Shown here: positions 11,172 through 27,527 of the stretch, piece by piece
Layout of the letters: each line of letters starts with the position of its first letter
Position numbering within the stretch: position 1 is the first letter of the stretch
Assembly (NCBI GenBank): GCA_009914755.4
Contig: CP068257.2
Location: forward strand, 42,592,001 to 42,656,000
DNA length: 64,000 nucleotides
Source: the human T2T-CHM13v2.0 reference genome, Homo sapiens
Direction of reading: 5' to 3'
The notes under the pieces: model-generated
Told to the model about the DNA's origin: nothing
Databases searched by the model: none
Seen by the model: the letters and a program-made list of their open reading frames with translations, nothing else
Position numbers and translations under genes: made by a program

Positions 11172-12419
11172 CTGGGGGCGGGAGGGTCGGCCGTGGGTCA
11201 GGGGACCTGGACGGTAAGCGCCCCCCACAGGCCCACTGGCCTCAGCCGCCAATGGCCCTGAGTGGTCAATGGACTTTCTAGCCCGACTGTGTTCCCTACG
11301 TCCTTTTTTCTTATGAATCACCTTTGGAGAAAAATGCTGATGAATTATTTTAAACTGACAGAACAGACTCTGTGGCAATAAGATATCAAATTACAAACAG
11401 GACCTCAGGCCGCGCCAGGCAAGGGTCGAGCCGAGCCGCGTGCCCTACACTGAGAGGACGGACTCTGCCCTCACGCCACAGCTGCTGCTTTTTCTGCAGC
11501 GGCTAAACACGCACTGGCCCCGCGATGAGGATGAGCAAGGTTCAAATGACTGCAGCTCATCCACCTGCAGATGCCAACTGACCACGTTCCACAGCCATGA
11601 CCACAGCTCTGACTGGGCAGGAGACTGACTTCAGGAACCTCCTCCTGATAAGGGACCCCGACCACAGACTGGCTCCGGCCGGTTTACAGAGGTTGTGCGC
11701 TTGAGGGCCTGTGTCCTGAGAAGACCTCTGAGGTTTAGGGCCTCATTGCGACACACTGACATGATAAGACTCCACCCCAGAGTGAACAGAGGTCGTAAGT
11801 TCCACAGATTTTGTTCAGTACGCACGCAGCAGGACCCCCTTCATGAATATTCACCGCTCCTCCATAACCTGCCGCACAGGTTTAGCCAACCCGGTCAGCA
11901 CGGAGCTCCTGCCCCAGCCACCCCTCCCCTTCGAAGTGCCTCCTCCTGGCTCCTCTGGTCTTGGTGGAGGCCCCGTGCTTCCCAGCCTGGGGGACGGGAC
12001 CTTGCAGGCTGTGCCCCTTTACAGAAACAAAGTCTCCTGTTCTAAAAGCACAGACTTTGTGATTTTCAGCTCATGGCGTTTGCTCCCCTTCTGAATAGCT
12101 GGATTTGCATTCCAGCCACTCCACGAGATTCCAGCACCAAAGGAACCTCAACGCCACCTGGACCCCCAGCAAAGGCTCTGGCCCACAGGTGCTGCCCACT
12201 CGGTGGGTCGGGCCCCCGCTGGCTGTGGCCCCTCCATGGAACCTGAGAGCATGAGGAAATTCCCCCTCCTGAGCCTCACGCCTGTCTCCTGTGGCTGAGG
12301 TGTGGCCGTCCCTCCCCAACCCTGGAAGTGTCTGGAACACCCGGCCCATCAGCCCCAGAGGGGACCCATCCGCTGAGTCCAAAAGTGGCTGCTCTGACAA
12401 TCAGGATTCAGACGTGTGA

Positions 12420-12600
12420 AGAAAAGGCTGTATGTGTGTGGTGTGAGTATGTGTGCACGTAGTGTGCCTGTGTGTGTGTGGCAAGTGTGTCCCTGTGTGT
12501 GGTGCATGTGTACAGTGACTGTGCACTGCAGTGTGTGTGCACCTGTGTGTGTGGTGTGATGTGCGTGTGTGTGGGTGGAGACTGAGGGGGCAGGGGCAGG
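12420..12600. repeat. GT-rich imperfect repeat (gtgtgtg / tgtgcac units) in the DNMT3L intron
   Basis: Low-complexity TG-rich sequence read directly. Confidence 0.7.
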
Positions 12601-12869
12601 AGGTGAGCCCCCGAGGCCGTGTTCTGTGAGCACAGGAGTGGTGCGAGGTGGGACTGCCCTCCCATGCTGTCCTTGAAGGGGCTTTGTGTCCCAGGCCGCA
12701 GTCCCTGCCCGGACTGCACAGCAGCTCTCCTGGGCCCTGTACACACCTGGAAACCAGGGGCCGCAAGGAGCCAGGCCCGGAGCCTGGGGTGTAGACTGAG
12801 CTCCACCAGAAAAGCCCCTCCCTCACGTGGGCAGGGGTCAGAGGGCGGCCCACGCAGCCCTGCACGCAC

Positions 12870-13009
12870 CTCCAGGAAGCGAGATGCGACGTCCAGGTCT
12901 TCCTTGTTCAGCACCAGATTGTCCACGAACATCCAGAAGAAGGGCCTGGGGCTGCCTGGCTTGGGCCGTGCGTACTGCAGGAGCCGGTGGAACTGGAACA
13001 GGTACCAGC
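12870..13009 (-). CDS. DNMT3L: DNMT3L coding exon 9 (…WYLFQFHRLLQYARPKPGSPRPFFWMFVDNLVLNKEDLDVASRFLE)
   Basis: ORF 12408..13082(-). Acceptor is ctccag|GC and donor is GAG|gtgcgt. Confidence 0.88.
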
Positions 13010-13682
13010 CTGGAGTGGGGTGAGGGGGCAGGGCTGAGGGGGGGCCGGGGGGGCTGGTCATGGGGACGCTGTTCAGGTGCATCTGGGCAGGGGCCTAAGG
13101 AAACTGGGGCTTGAGAGAAGGGCTGAGGGGGTCGAGGGGACGCACCGGCCTGGGTCTGAGGGATCCCCCTGCCCCTGTCCCTCCAGCAGCAATGAAGCCC
13201 TGCCCAGTGCTGGGGCCACAGAGGTGCATGGACCCCTCCTCCCCCAGGCAGGCCTAGAGTGGGGAAGAGACAGACAGGCAACCCCGAGGGAGGAGCTGAC
13301 GCAGAGCGCGTGCCGCGGCACAAATACCGCCTTTTAGAGGAAGCTCCAGAGGACACGTGAGCTGCAGTGATGTGGGCACGCTGGGGGCTGCATGGGGTCA
13401 GCGGGAGGCTTGGGGGCACAGGGAAGCCTGCAGTGATGGGGACTCTTACTCTGTTGCTCTCTTACTCTGATGAGGGGTGCATGGGTGTGGAGCTAGCTCA
13501 GAACTCATCCAGTCGGACACACTGAATGCGTGCAACTTACTGTATGTCAGTGGTGCCTCGATAAAGCTGTTTTTGAAAAATGCTGACAATTTGCAGTTTC
13601 TGCCCTGGCATGGAGGTGTGAGGAGAGAGGAGAGGAGACAGGGGTGGTGGGGACAGGCTGCCAGAACTGAAGCATCACTCAC

Positions 13683-13758
13683 TGGGAGGACGGTCACAGG
13701 TGTGGCCCAGGGGAGGTGTGGCGCCGTACACAAGATCGAAGGGTCCCCACTCCTCCAC
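13683..13758 (-). CDS. DNMT3L: DNMT3L coding exon 8 (VEEWGPFDLVYGATPPLGHTCDRPP + A)
   Basis: Manual minus-strand translation. Acceptor is ctgcag|GTGGAG and donor is A|gtgagt. Confidence 0.85.
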
Positions 13759-14343
13759 CTGCAGGACAGAGGGGAGTGGGCACTGAGAGGCAGCAGCAGT
13801 GGGCAAGGTCGCGTGCGGCAGCACGAGATGACCCCAGGGCAGACCCTGCTCAGCTCGCAGGGCCCACAGGCCAGGGCAAGCTGAGGAGTGGAGCCCACTA
13901 GGGCAGAGCCATCCACAGCCACCACCAGCCTCAGGGGCTGCCTGCCTGGAGCCCAGAGGAGAAAGCTCCGGGTCTGAGGTGAAGACTCTGTGCCATGCAT
14001 TTGGGGACTGAATTCTGCCTTTATTTTTTCTTGCTCAAATTCCTTTCTAAGGAGCGTAGGGGAATCACGCCTTACAAACCACAAAAGCTTGTGGAATGGG
14101 TGTTTTTGACCTGGTATATTGTGACTCTGCCATGGCACCACATGACAGACAGCAGACCTCCTTATTTTAACTCAAGCATTCCTTTCTACTGACTCCCAGT
14201 TTTTAGGCAAAGCTCAACTCTTTCAACCAACTGCCAACTAAAGAATCCCTAAACCCACCTATAACCTGTAAGCTTCAAGATATCTCGCCTTTTGGGGCTG
14301 ATCCAATGCACATCTTCTATGTATTGATTTATTGATTGATTGA

Positions 14344-15064
<721 letters not shown>

Positions 15065-15495
15065 TCACTCTTATTGGCTCAGAATAAACCTATTTAAAAA
15101 CTTTGGCAGAATTTGGTTTTTCTGTCTGTCCTCACATTGCCCTTAGAGAACCAGTCCTGGGAGGCCCAACATGCAGACTACCTAGGGAAGTAACTGTCAT
15201 CTGTGAACACAGCAGGTGCCGTCCGCAGCCCTCCAGGAGCTAACAGCAAGGGCAGAGCCTTCCCTGCTGAACAGAAACAGCCCCCACAGAGTAGCTCCCT
15301 GGGGACCACAGAGTAGGTCCCCACAGGCTATTCCATGGCCGAGCTGGAAGAAGACAAAACACAGCCACCCAACAATCTTGCCTGAACACATGCCCTTCAG
15401 TCACAAAAAGTGACCAAGGGGAGGCTGTGAGCAACACTGGCTTCATTAACAGTGATGGCCCTCACTCTGTCATTCTTATTAAATAAAAATTAACA

Positions 15496-15825
<330 letters not shown>

Positions 15826-16505
15826 TCAGAACCCCGTCTCCTGATAGCACCAGTCAACAATGGACTCCACTTCCCTGGACCCCCTCAAATCACATAACAG
15901 CCCGAATCCCATTAGCCCCAAACTCCTCATGCCTCCGGGGCATCATTTTGTGTCCTTCCACGATGTAGCAAGTGGATAAACCTAACTGTTGATGGCAGGT
16001 GCAACCTGAGGGTCTCCGAGTGCCGAAAAGGCATGGTGGGGTGGGGACAGCGGAGGTGAGGGGGGGCTGCTGGTCCCAGGCCGGGAGCCCCCAAAAGACC
16101 TGTACACAGGTGGCTGCTCATGCTTCTCTCACAGTGGCATGGGAAGGCACCAAGGCAGCGGGGAATCTGGCCTACAGGGGGAACGCACGACTGGAGCTGT
16201 GTCACCTCCTTCCAGCAGCGGGAGGATGCTTTCAAACAGTGACCAGTTGTCCAGGTCAAGGCTCGGCCTCCTCATTTTAGAGGGTGGAGTGGGGATTCAG
16301 CCCCTCCTTGCCGGACAGCGCCCCATCACAGGCAGTGGAATTTGGCTACTTAGATTTCAAGATGTTGGACAAGATGTTTGCCCAACTGCCCTGCTCTGAG
16401 CTCTGGGCTCTGGGCTCTGGGCAATGCTGGGACCACCAAAACGTGCTGCTCAGCCCTCCGCTGCGGGGCATCACAGTGGTGGCTGGGCCGGCGGGGTTGG
16501 GCTGA

Positions 16506-17221
<716 letters not shown>

Positions 17222-17298
17222 TAAGGATGGAGGTTTTTGTCTCACAACAAGCTAAACAAGCAAACATTGCCAAGTATTGATTTAAGAATGTCAAGCAC

Positions 17299-17577
17299 GG
17301 CCGGGCACAGACGCTCAAGCCTGTAATTCCAGCATTTTGGGAGTCCAAGGCGGATGGATCACCTGAGGTCAGGAGTTCAAGACCAGCCTGGCCAACATGG
17401 TGAAACCCTGTCTCTACTAAAAACACAAAAATTAGCTGGGCGTGGTGGTGAGCACCTGTAATCCCAGCTGCTCGGGAGGCTGAGGCAGGAGAATTGGTTG
17501 AACCCGGGGGGCAGAGGTGCAGCGAGCCGAGATCAAGCCTGGGCAACAGAGCGAGACTCCGCCTCAAAAAAAAAAAG
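17299..17577 (+). mobile_element. Alu
   Basis: ggccgggcacag…gcctcaaaaaaaaaaa. Confidence 0.85.
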
Positions 17578-18126
17578 GATGTCAAGGACTGTATTACAGC
17601 ACCAGGCATTTCTGGGATGCGATGTCACCTCTGGCTAGGAAATCCACAGAGCAGTGGAGTCCACTCCACTCTGCAGCTGGTGTGAGCTGCAGAGCCCTGG
17701 AACGGCCCTGGAGGAGGCCCTGGCTTTCTCAGCCCCTCCTGGGCAGCAAGACCTTGGACAGGCTGTGCAGGCGCTGCGGGATCAGGCTCCTGATCGGCTG
17801 CATGGGGCAGATATGTGCTCCCGCATGAGGCCGCTCTGAGACACTTGTGGGCCTTAGTGGGTGTCCCAGCGGGACACATCCCTAACGGCCAGAGGAGAGG
17901 GAGTGTCTTCATGGATTTGGCTGTGCCTGCGGGGCCCAGAAGACAAGTGCCATTTCCAAAGGCCCCAGTGCAGGGTTAGCATGGGCCCAGGGTGGGGAAG
18001 GGTACAGGACATCAGCAGTTGGCCGGTCTAGGGGAGGGGGTGGGGAGTCCCGGGGGGTGGCCTGAGGGGCAGTCAGGTGTTTAGAGGCATCTTTCCATGT
18101 GTGTCTTTGGGACATCACTGACTCAC

Positions 18127-18214
18127 CTTTCTTGATGTCTTCAAAAAGGGACAGCACCCGGACTGGCTGTCTCCTCCACACAGGCACGGTTTCGAACATC
18201 TCAAGGGGATTCTC
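18127..18214 (-). CDS. DNMT3L: DNMT3L coding exon 6 (ENPLEMFETVPVWRRQPVRVLSLFEDIKK + G)
   Basis: ORF 17909..18199(-) contains MFETVPVWRRQPVRVLSLFEDIKK. Acceptor is aaatag|GAG and donor is G|gtgagt. Confidence 0.85.
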
Positions 18215-18480
18215 CTATTTATTAAAAAACCAAAACAGGACATTGTGCCGGCTACTTGGCTACAGAGCCCTTGAGTTACAATGAAAATTCTTCCCTGGAT
18301 GAACACTCACTCGAGACTCACCGGAGACACACATAAGACACACCTGCTGAGGCTGACTGGGCCTGTCCTGACCAGCACTGCCCCCCCAGGAAGGCCAACT
18401 CCACCCCCTGCTCCAGCCTCAGTCTCCCGCTCTGACCTGTCTCCAGCCGAGAGACAGTAGGTGTGGAGGGGTTTGCTGAT

Positions 18481-18712
18481 TTTTTTTTTTTTTTTTTTTT
18501 TGAGATGGAGTCTTGCTCTGTCACCCAGGCTGGAGTGCAATGGTGCAATCTTGGCTCACTGCAACTTTCCGCCTCCCGGGTTCAAGCGATTCTCCTGCTT
18601 CACCCTCCCGAGTAGCTGGGATCACAGGCACCCGCCACCACGCCCGGCTAATTTTTGTATTTTTAGTAGAGACAGTTTCACCATATTGGCCAGGCTGGTC
18701 TTGCTCATCCTG
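18481..18712 (-). mobile_element. Alu (3'-truncated)
   Basis: A (T)31 run then Alu antisense consensus. Confidence 0.8.
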
Positions 18713-19018
18713 GCAGCTTCCAGAACCTCGGAGAAGAGAGCCCCAAGGCCAGAGATGCCGGGGAGAGGTGAGCCTCGGGGCAGGTGAGGCCTGTGGTTTT
18801 CCCTGACCCTGCCAACCTGATGGGCTAGGCGGGCAGCCAGCTCCAGCCTCACATGCTCCCTGTTAAAGGGCCAACCCCCAAGGCCCAAAACTCGGGGGCC
18901 TCGGCTTTCAGAGTGCTAGGCTCTGTTCCTATAAAATACCTTCCCATCTGACCCTTTCCTTCGAATTGGAGCAGGCTGAAGCTTGCTAGGCAGGGAGAGA
19001 TGACTTCGTTCAACCTTA

Positions 19019-19459
<441 letters not shown>

Positions 19460-19460
19460 A

Positions 19461-19823
<363 letters not shown>

Positions 19824-20582
19824 TCACAGCTCAGGAGGCCAGAGGTTTTGAAGTGAAGGTGTGCCGGCAGGCGTGCCTCCCTCAGAAGGCGCCAGGCAAG
19901 GACGTGCCAGGCCTCTCCCCCAGCTCCTGGGGCTGCTGGCACCCATGGCTGGTGGACACCTCACTCCAGTCTCTGCCTCCATCATCATGTGACTGTCTTC
20001 TCCGTCTCCATTTCCCAAATCTCTTACAGTGACACTAGTCGCTGCATTGAGGGCCCACCCTAAATCTGGAATGATCTCATCTCGTGATCCTTAACTAAAT
20101 TACATCTGCAAAAACCCTGTTTCCAAATAAGATCACATTCACAGGTAAGGGATGGAGACTTGGATGTCCCTCTCAGAGGGACAAAATTCCACCTTCTCTG
20201 CCTTTGTCTGAGGTTCCTGCCGGCCCCCCTGGCTCCTCGGCTGGACTCCCAAAACGGCCCACACCTGGCCAGCAGAAGCCCAGGCACTTGCTCCTGAGGA
20301 CTGGACTTTGAGACGTGCCAGCCACCCTCTCCCGGCCCCTCTCCCATCTGCTACCAGGGCCTCGTTCCTAGGCTTGGAAGCAACAAAACTGCCAAAGCAG
20401 TTTACCCAAAGCCACCATCGAGTGGAAGCCACTATCGGAGAGGAACCCAGGAAAGAGTGTTTGCTCCCGAGGCTGCAGCCGTGGTGCCCGTCGGCGCGCC
20501 TGCATTCTGCAGCGGGAACCGAGGGAAGGCCGTAAGTCAGGGCCTGCTGCTGCCGGGTGCTGCCCCTCCACGGGCTCCTTAC

Positions 20583-20754
20583 CGACTCTCGGTCGTAGAA
20601 GGCCTTGAGCTGGCTGCGCCACTTCCTCCGACGCTGCAGCAGCCCGCTTCGGGAGGACGGCAGGCACAGGTAGCACACCCAGTTGCTCATGGCGTGCACC
20701 TTCCCCGAGGTCCCGGGGCCGACCAGGCTATCCACACACTCGAAGCAGTAGCAT
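20583..20754 (-). CDS. DNMT3L: DNMT3L coding exon 5 (ADD domain: A + CYCFECVDSLVGPGTSGKVHAMSNWVCYLCLPSSRSGLLQRRRKWRSQLKAFYDRES)
   Basis: ORF 20139..20798(-). Acceptor is ccttag|A and donor is TCG|gtaagg. Confidence 0.88.
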
Positions 20755-21496
20755 CTAAGGCCAGACAGAAAACCACAGCAGCGGACATGACAGCCCACCT
20801 CTCCTGAGGATGGCAGAGGTGGGCCTGATTGAGCCTTGTTTTGGAGGGAAAAGTCACGCTGGAGCTCCCTTTGGGAAGACCAGGTGGTGGACTGGGAAGA
20901 GGGAGACGGTCCTTCCTAGAGACGCAGAGTGACAGGAGCCGAGCCAGGTGCAGAAGACAGGGAGGTGGATTCACAGGCAATGACAGATCCAAGGAACCCC
21001 CTAAGCCACCTGTCTGCCCCCAAACTCGAGCCTGCAGAAACAGCGTAGGGACTCCCAGCAAAACCAAATGTAGCAACAGCAGCTGGGGGAGAGAACTTGA
21101 GGAGTGGGGAGCTGTAAATACGAGGATGGCCCAGAAGGACCGAGGAGAGGAGCCCACGGAGGGAGCCGAGGCGAGGGAGTAACGACTGAGGGGTGAGCAT
21201 ACCCCTTGTCACCCCGGTCATGACTGGCAGCCTGGGGTGTGGGGTTTCCATCGCTCCCCTGCACAGCGATGTGGCAATATCAACACCGAAAAGAAAAATC
21301 ACAATCGCCAACCGTAGACACCCGCCTCCCATAGCTCAGGGCTCTATGCCAAATGACGCATTGGAGACAGAAATCAGAAGCTCTCAGGGAAATCATCCAT
21401 TTGGGAAGAAAATCCACCCACACTCCAGAATGAGTAGCTGAAAGGATGGGTGTGTCCTCAGCCCCTTCACCCCCCTGGGCAGGCCCCTCGCCTCAC

Positions 21497-21609
21497 CGGG
21501 TGCAATCAGGGTTTCCGCAGATGAGCAGCGTCTCTCCGGAGCAGCAGATGGAGCAGTAGGATTGGTACCCGTCATCGTCGTACAGGAAGAGGGCATCCAG
21601 GAACTTGTC
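21497..21609 (-). CDS. DNMT3L: DNMT3L coding exon 4 (DKFLDALFLYDDDGYQSYCSICCSGETLLICGNPDCT + CG)
   Basis: Manual translation; it is frame-shifted relative to ORF 21393..21644(-). Acceptor is ccaag|GAC and donor is CG|gtgagg. Confidence 0.85.
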
Positions 21610-21691
21610 CTTGGAAGGAGCAAAGCAAGGCTGGCTTGTGTCATCCCTGCTCTGAGGCCATGAGGGAGTCACCCCCAGCCTCCCTGCCTAC

Positions 21692-21771
21692 CTTACATGG
21701 GGCGCAGATCCCTCCCTCAAACAGAGGGTGCTGTGTGTGAACCTGGAGACTTCCGCAGCAGATGCAGATGT
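21692..21771 (-). CDS. DNMT3L: DNMT3L coding exon 3 (AC + [26 protein letters not shown])
   Basis: Manual translation. Acceptor is cctttag|AC and donor is AAG|gtaggc. Confidence 0.82.
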
Positions 21772-21962
21772 CTAAAGGAAACATTCAAAGCACACTGTGT
21801 TTTCCCAGTGCTGTCAAATACAGCAGACGATTAGGAATAAATTTAGCCAAACAAATATGAGACTTATACACTGAAAACTGCAAAGTATTGTTGGAAGATG
21901 TTAAGGAAGATGGAACAAAATGGAAAGATATCCCATGTTCATGGATCAGAAGATTTAACATT

Positions 21963-22130
21963 GGCTGGGTGTGGTGGCTCATGCCTGTAATTCCAGCACT
22001 TTAGGAGGCTGAGCAGGAGAATCACTTGAACCTGGTAGACAGAGGTTGCTATGAGCCAAGATCATGCCTCTGCACTCCAGCCTGGGGGACAGAGTGAGAG
22101 TGTGTCTCAAAAAAAAAAAAAAAAAAAAAA
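21963..22130 (+). mobile_element. Alu (internally deleted)
   Basis: Left and right arm ends present with a poly-A tail. Confidence 0.75.
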
Positions 22131-22470
22131 AGAAGAAGACTTAATATTGTTAAAATAGCATGAGTCCCCAAATGGAGCTGCAGAGCCCTCTCAAAATCCC
22201 AGCTGGCTTTTGGGCAGGAGTTGACAGGCTGATCCTAAATTCATACGGAAATGCAAAGGATCCAGAAAAGGCAAACCCACGTTGAGAGAAAGTCGAGGAG
22301 TGGTTGCCTAGAGTTAAAAGAAGGGAAGCAAGAAGGGGGAATTTGGAGTGACTGTTACTAGACATGGGTTTTCTTTTCAGGGTGATGAAAACCTTCTAAA
22401 ATTAGATGGTGATGATGGTTGCTGACTCTGTAAATAAACTAAAATACATTAAACTATATGCTTTAAATGA

Positions 22471-22812
<342 letters not shown>

Positions 22813-22854
22813 CCGTCTCTTTTGTCTGGTGTGGGCCAGTATGCAAACACTCAC

Positions 22855-22899
22855 CTTCTATATTTCGCTGGTTAGCCTTGACTTCATATGCAATAAGAT
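22855..22899 (-). CDS. DNMT3L: DNMT3L coding exon 2 (AT + LIAYEVKANQRNIE + G)
   Basis: Manual translation. Acceptor is tttccag|AT and donor is G|gtgagt. Confidence 0.82.
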
Positions 22900-23213
22900 C
22901 TGGAAAGGAAGATAAGAAGTAGCCCCTTTCTTCTTCCTCTGATCTCTTAATTTAAATTCGGCCAGGAAGTGAGCATCACAATTCGTTTTCCAAAGTCACA
23001 GGAGCCTGAGGTCCCCTGCCATCCCGCCCTCACACCTTATCTTGGTGTGTTAAACGCCCATACCTGGGGGAAGACTGTGGGTGGGGAACCTCCTGCCCCA
23101 GCCCGGGTGCCTGAATAATGCATGAATACTCCAGAAGCCTGGAACTCCAGACCTCATCCAGGCCTGGGATCAGCATCCTAAGTGACTGGTCCAATAAGCA
23201 GATGAGCCCTCAC

Positions 23214-23319
23214 CTCTGCCTGTCCCGGGTGAAACGGAGCTTGAGAGCTCACTGGATCCCACCAAAATCACGTCCATGCTGGGCTCGGCCTCTGGGTCCA
23301 GGGCTGGGATGGCCGCCAT
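23214..23319 (-). CDS. DNMT3L: DNMT3L first coding exon (MAAIPALDPEAEPSMDVILVGSSELSSSVSPGTGR + G); a non-coding exon 1 is expected further upstream but was not located
   Basis: The ATG sits in a ccccATGG Kozak context at 23319-23317 (minus). The donor is G|gtgagg. A possible acceptor, acag|CATCCCCATGG, lies just 5' of the ATG. Confidence 0.85.
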
Positions 23320-23999
23320 GGGGATGCTGTGTCAGGACACACGGACACAGATGTGAGAAAGCCGTCAGCCCCTGCTCAGATCCCTGATGCACCCCAGCAC
23401 GGGAAGCAGCTTGCTGAGCAGACCTTGACTAGTTCAGGCCACCTGAACCCCCGCGGTGACACCCACCTGCCCAACCCAGGGATGAGGGGCAGGACAGCCA
23501 AGGCCAGTGCCAGCCCTGAGAGGGGCTCAAGGGTCCCCTGAGGCGTGCCCCCCACCTGCCTGGCCCTGTTACAACATGGAAGATGGGGCAAAAAGGGGAG
23601 GGCAGGGCCCTCATGAGGACCTGGGGCCAATGGCCGCTGCAGCCCCTGCTTTCCTCTGGGCCCAGCCTTCGACCCCTCAGGGACTCCCATGCCCCAGCCT
23701 CCTACAGTGTCCCTCAGGCCCAGCAGGGACCCCTGGGGATGGTCTTGGCCAGCCGCACCCTTGAAGGCAGCATGGTCAGGGAGTAGGAAAGAGACTCACA
23801 GGGCTGCTGCCACGGCTCCGGGTACAGCCAGCTGGTGGGTTCAAGGTTCCAGTGGTCCGGGGCTTCCAGGCTCAGGGTCCCCGGGGAGGACTGGGCCATG
23901 GAACGAGGGACGGCGCAGGCAAAGAATGAGCTGGAAGGATCCAGGCCCACCTGGGACAGCGGGTGGCCAGAGGTCACCAGGCTATGGGGGCAAAGAATC

Positions 24000-25340
24000 T
24001 GGGCGTGTCCCGCGGGGGCGGGGAGGGGCGGGGGCGGGGCAGCCCTTCAGTGCCGGTTTGCAGTGGGAGGGGCGAGGAGCTGCGGGGGGTCACTTGGGGT
24101 GGGGAGCTAGGAAGCTGGGGGACGGGCAGGGAAAGGGAACCCTCAGGTGGGGAGGGTTAAGAGCTCAGTGGGGCTGGGGGATTGGGGTTCAGAGGATGGG
24201 GCCCTCAGGGTGGAGTGAGGGGTGGGGTTTGGGGACCTCAGTGGGGAGTGGGGTTCAGGGGAGGGGTGGAGATGGGAGGACTGGGGATGGGGCAGATGAG
24301 GGGGGTTTCAGTAGAGGGGGGCCCTTGGGGTGGGGTGGGGGATAGGGGTGGCTGTGGGGTAGGGGCAGGGCGCTCAGAGGTGGGGTTTAGGAAGGTCATA
24401 GGGGTGGGCTTCAGGGCAAGGGTGAAGAAAGGGATGAGGGTGGAGGGTGGAGGGGTGGAGGGGTGGAGGGTGGAGGGTGGAGGGTGGAGGTAGGGCAGGG
24501 CGGGGGGTTAGGTGGAGTTGGCCCCCTGGGTGGAGATGGGTGAGGATTAGTGGAGGTGGCCCTCAGGGCAGGGTGGGTGGGTGGAGGGCGGGGCTTAGGG
24601 AGATCTGTTGGGGGATTAGGGAGTGGGGGTGGGGGTGGATGCTGAGTTGGAGATGGGGGCCTTCAGGGGAGGTGGTCCTTTGGCGGGATGGGGGTGATGA
24701 TAGGGTGAGGGTGGGCACTCCGGGGCAGGGCTCAGTGGCGGGGGTCGGGGCTCAGGGCAAGGGTAGAGACGGGGTGAAAGTAGGAATGGGGGTGTGAGGC
24801 CGAGGATGGGGGTTTCAGGGGAGGTGGCCTTTAGGGCAGGATAGGGGTGAGAATGGGGTGGGGATGGGCCTCAGGGATCTCAGGGTCGGTTGGGATGGGA
24901 GTGGGGGTGGGGGTAGATGGTGAGGAGGAGATGGGGGTGTTCAGGGGAGGTGGTCCTCTGGCGGGATAGAGGGAGGGGCGTTCAGGAGCCGGGCTTGGGA
25001 GCTCAGTCTGGAGCCCCAGGTTTGGGGGGCAGCTGTGGGGGAGAGAAGGAAACAGGGAAGGCCCTGGAGGATGGGGTAAGGGGTGTTGGGTGGGGAATGT
25101 CAGGGCAGGTGGGGGGTTGGGGAGCTGGGAGGGGTAGGTTCAGGGTGGGGGTGGAACGTGGAAGCAGGGAAGGGAGCAGGAAGGTGGGGTGGGCAGAGGG
25201 GCAGTGTGGGAGGTGCGGGGTGGGTTGGGAAGGGGGACTTTGTTGGAGGGAGGTTAGGGGCTTCAGAGCAGGGGGCGGAGGACCGCCGGGCAGGGCTGGA
25301 GCCACAGGACAATTGTGCTGGTCGAAAGTGGGAGAAGACC
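24000..25340. repeat. G-rich (plus strand) minisatellite / higher-order repeat, ~1.3 kb, 0.7-2 kb upstream of the DNMT3L ATG
   Basis: Recurrent GGGGTGGAGG, (GGTGGAGG)n (e.g. 24440-24490) and ~100-200-bp higher-order units of the form gggggtttcaggggaggtggcc… / gggtgagggtgggc…. No Alu or L1 similarity. Confidence 0.8.
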
Positions 25341-25895
25341 CTTGCGGGAGGTAACCCCCCTGAAGTGTGGGCTGGGCCTGGTGACTTCCTTCTGCAAGTA
25401 CTGCATGAGGGGTGACCACACAGGGGCAGCCTGATGACCCCTTGGCCCCTGGCCCAGGCCAGCGTCTCGGGGAGGATTCGCCTGGGTGGGTGCCCCGCAC
25501 CGGGGCTTTCTCCCCCCACCCACAGCCCAGCCTCTCCAGGAGTGAACTGGGTCGGAGCAGAGGCGGCCCAGTGCCTGAGCCCTCCTCACTGGGGCAGTCA
25601 GGCCGCCCAGCGGGAGAGTCTGAGAAACAGCGGGGCAGGGGGCGGGGGGACCCTGAGGCACTGCGACAATGAAGTGTCACATGGGATCCCGGGACAGAGA
25701 GGGGCGGTAGGGAGTGGGAAATCTGAATAAAATGTGGCTCCTTGGCTCTAAGTTGGTGTGTCTGCAGGTTTGTTCATGTAACCACAGTGTCCATGGGGGC
25801 CTGAGGGCTGGGTGGGGGTTGCGGCAGTTCTGGACTAGCGCCTCAAGGTTTGTATAACTTTAAAGCTGTTCTAACATAGTTACTTTTTTTAATGA

Positions 25896-26503
<608 letters not shown>

Positions 26504-26504
26504 C

Positions 26505-26647
26505 TGTTTTTCTTTTTCTTTTTCTTTTTTTTTTGAGACAGAGTCTCGCTCTGTTGCCAGGCTGGAGTGCAATGACGTGATCTTGGATCACCGCAACCTC
26601 AGCCTCCCAAGTAGCTGTGATTACAGGCATGCACCACCATACTCGGC

Positions 26648-26648
<1 letters not shown>
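26505..26648 (-). mobile_element. Alu (partial)
   Basis: Left half only. Confidence 0.75.
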
Positions 26649-26678
<30 letters not shown>

Positions 26679-26948
26679 GAGGAGTCTCCCTCTATTGCCC
26701 AGGCTGGAGTGCAGTGGTGCCATCTCTGCTCACTGCAACCTCCAGCTCCCCGGTTCAAGAGAATCCTCAGCTTCCTGAGTATCTGGGGTTACAGGCGTGC
26801 ACCACCACGCATGGCTAATTTTTGTATTTTTAGTAGAGACAAGGTTTCACCATATTGGCCAGGCTGGTCTCAAACTCCTGATCTCGTGATCTGCCCACCT
26901 TGGTCTCCCGAAGTGCTGGAATTACAGGCGTGAGCCACCGCGCCCGGG
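26649..26948 (-). mobile_element. Alu with (GTTTT)n head
   Basis: Alu antisense consensus. Confidence 0.85.
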
Positions 26949-26952
26949 CTGC

Positions 26953-27092
26953 CAGGCTAATTTTTTGTATTTTTAGTAGAGATGGGGTTTCACCACGTTA
27001 GCCAGTATGGTCTCGATCTCCTGACCTTGTGATCTGCCCGCCTCAGCCTCCCAAAGTGCTGGGATTACAGGCGTGAGCCACTGCGCCCAGCC
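26953..27092 (-). mobile_element. Alu (partial)
   Basis: Right half (…gcctcccaaagtgctgggattacaggcgtgagccactgcgcccagcc). Confidence 0.75.
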
Positions 27093-27094
27093 TA

Positions 27095-27527
<433 letters not shown>

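Noticed and set aside
20139-20798. 219-aa minus ORF treated as a single exon
   Set aside because: Only 20583-20754 matches DNMT3L. The rest is intronic read-through up to the next stops.
23689-25680. Multiple 100-225-aa Gly/Trp/Arg-rich ORFs
   Set aside because: They are translations of the G-rich minisatellite upstream of DNMT3L, are strand-symmetric, and carry no coding signal.
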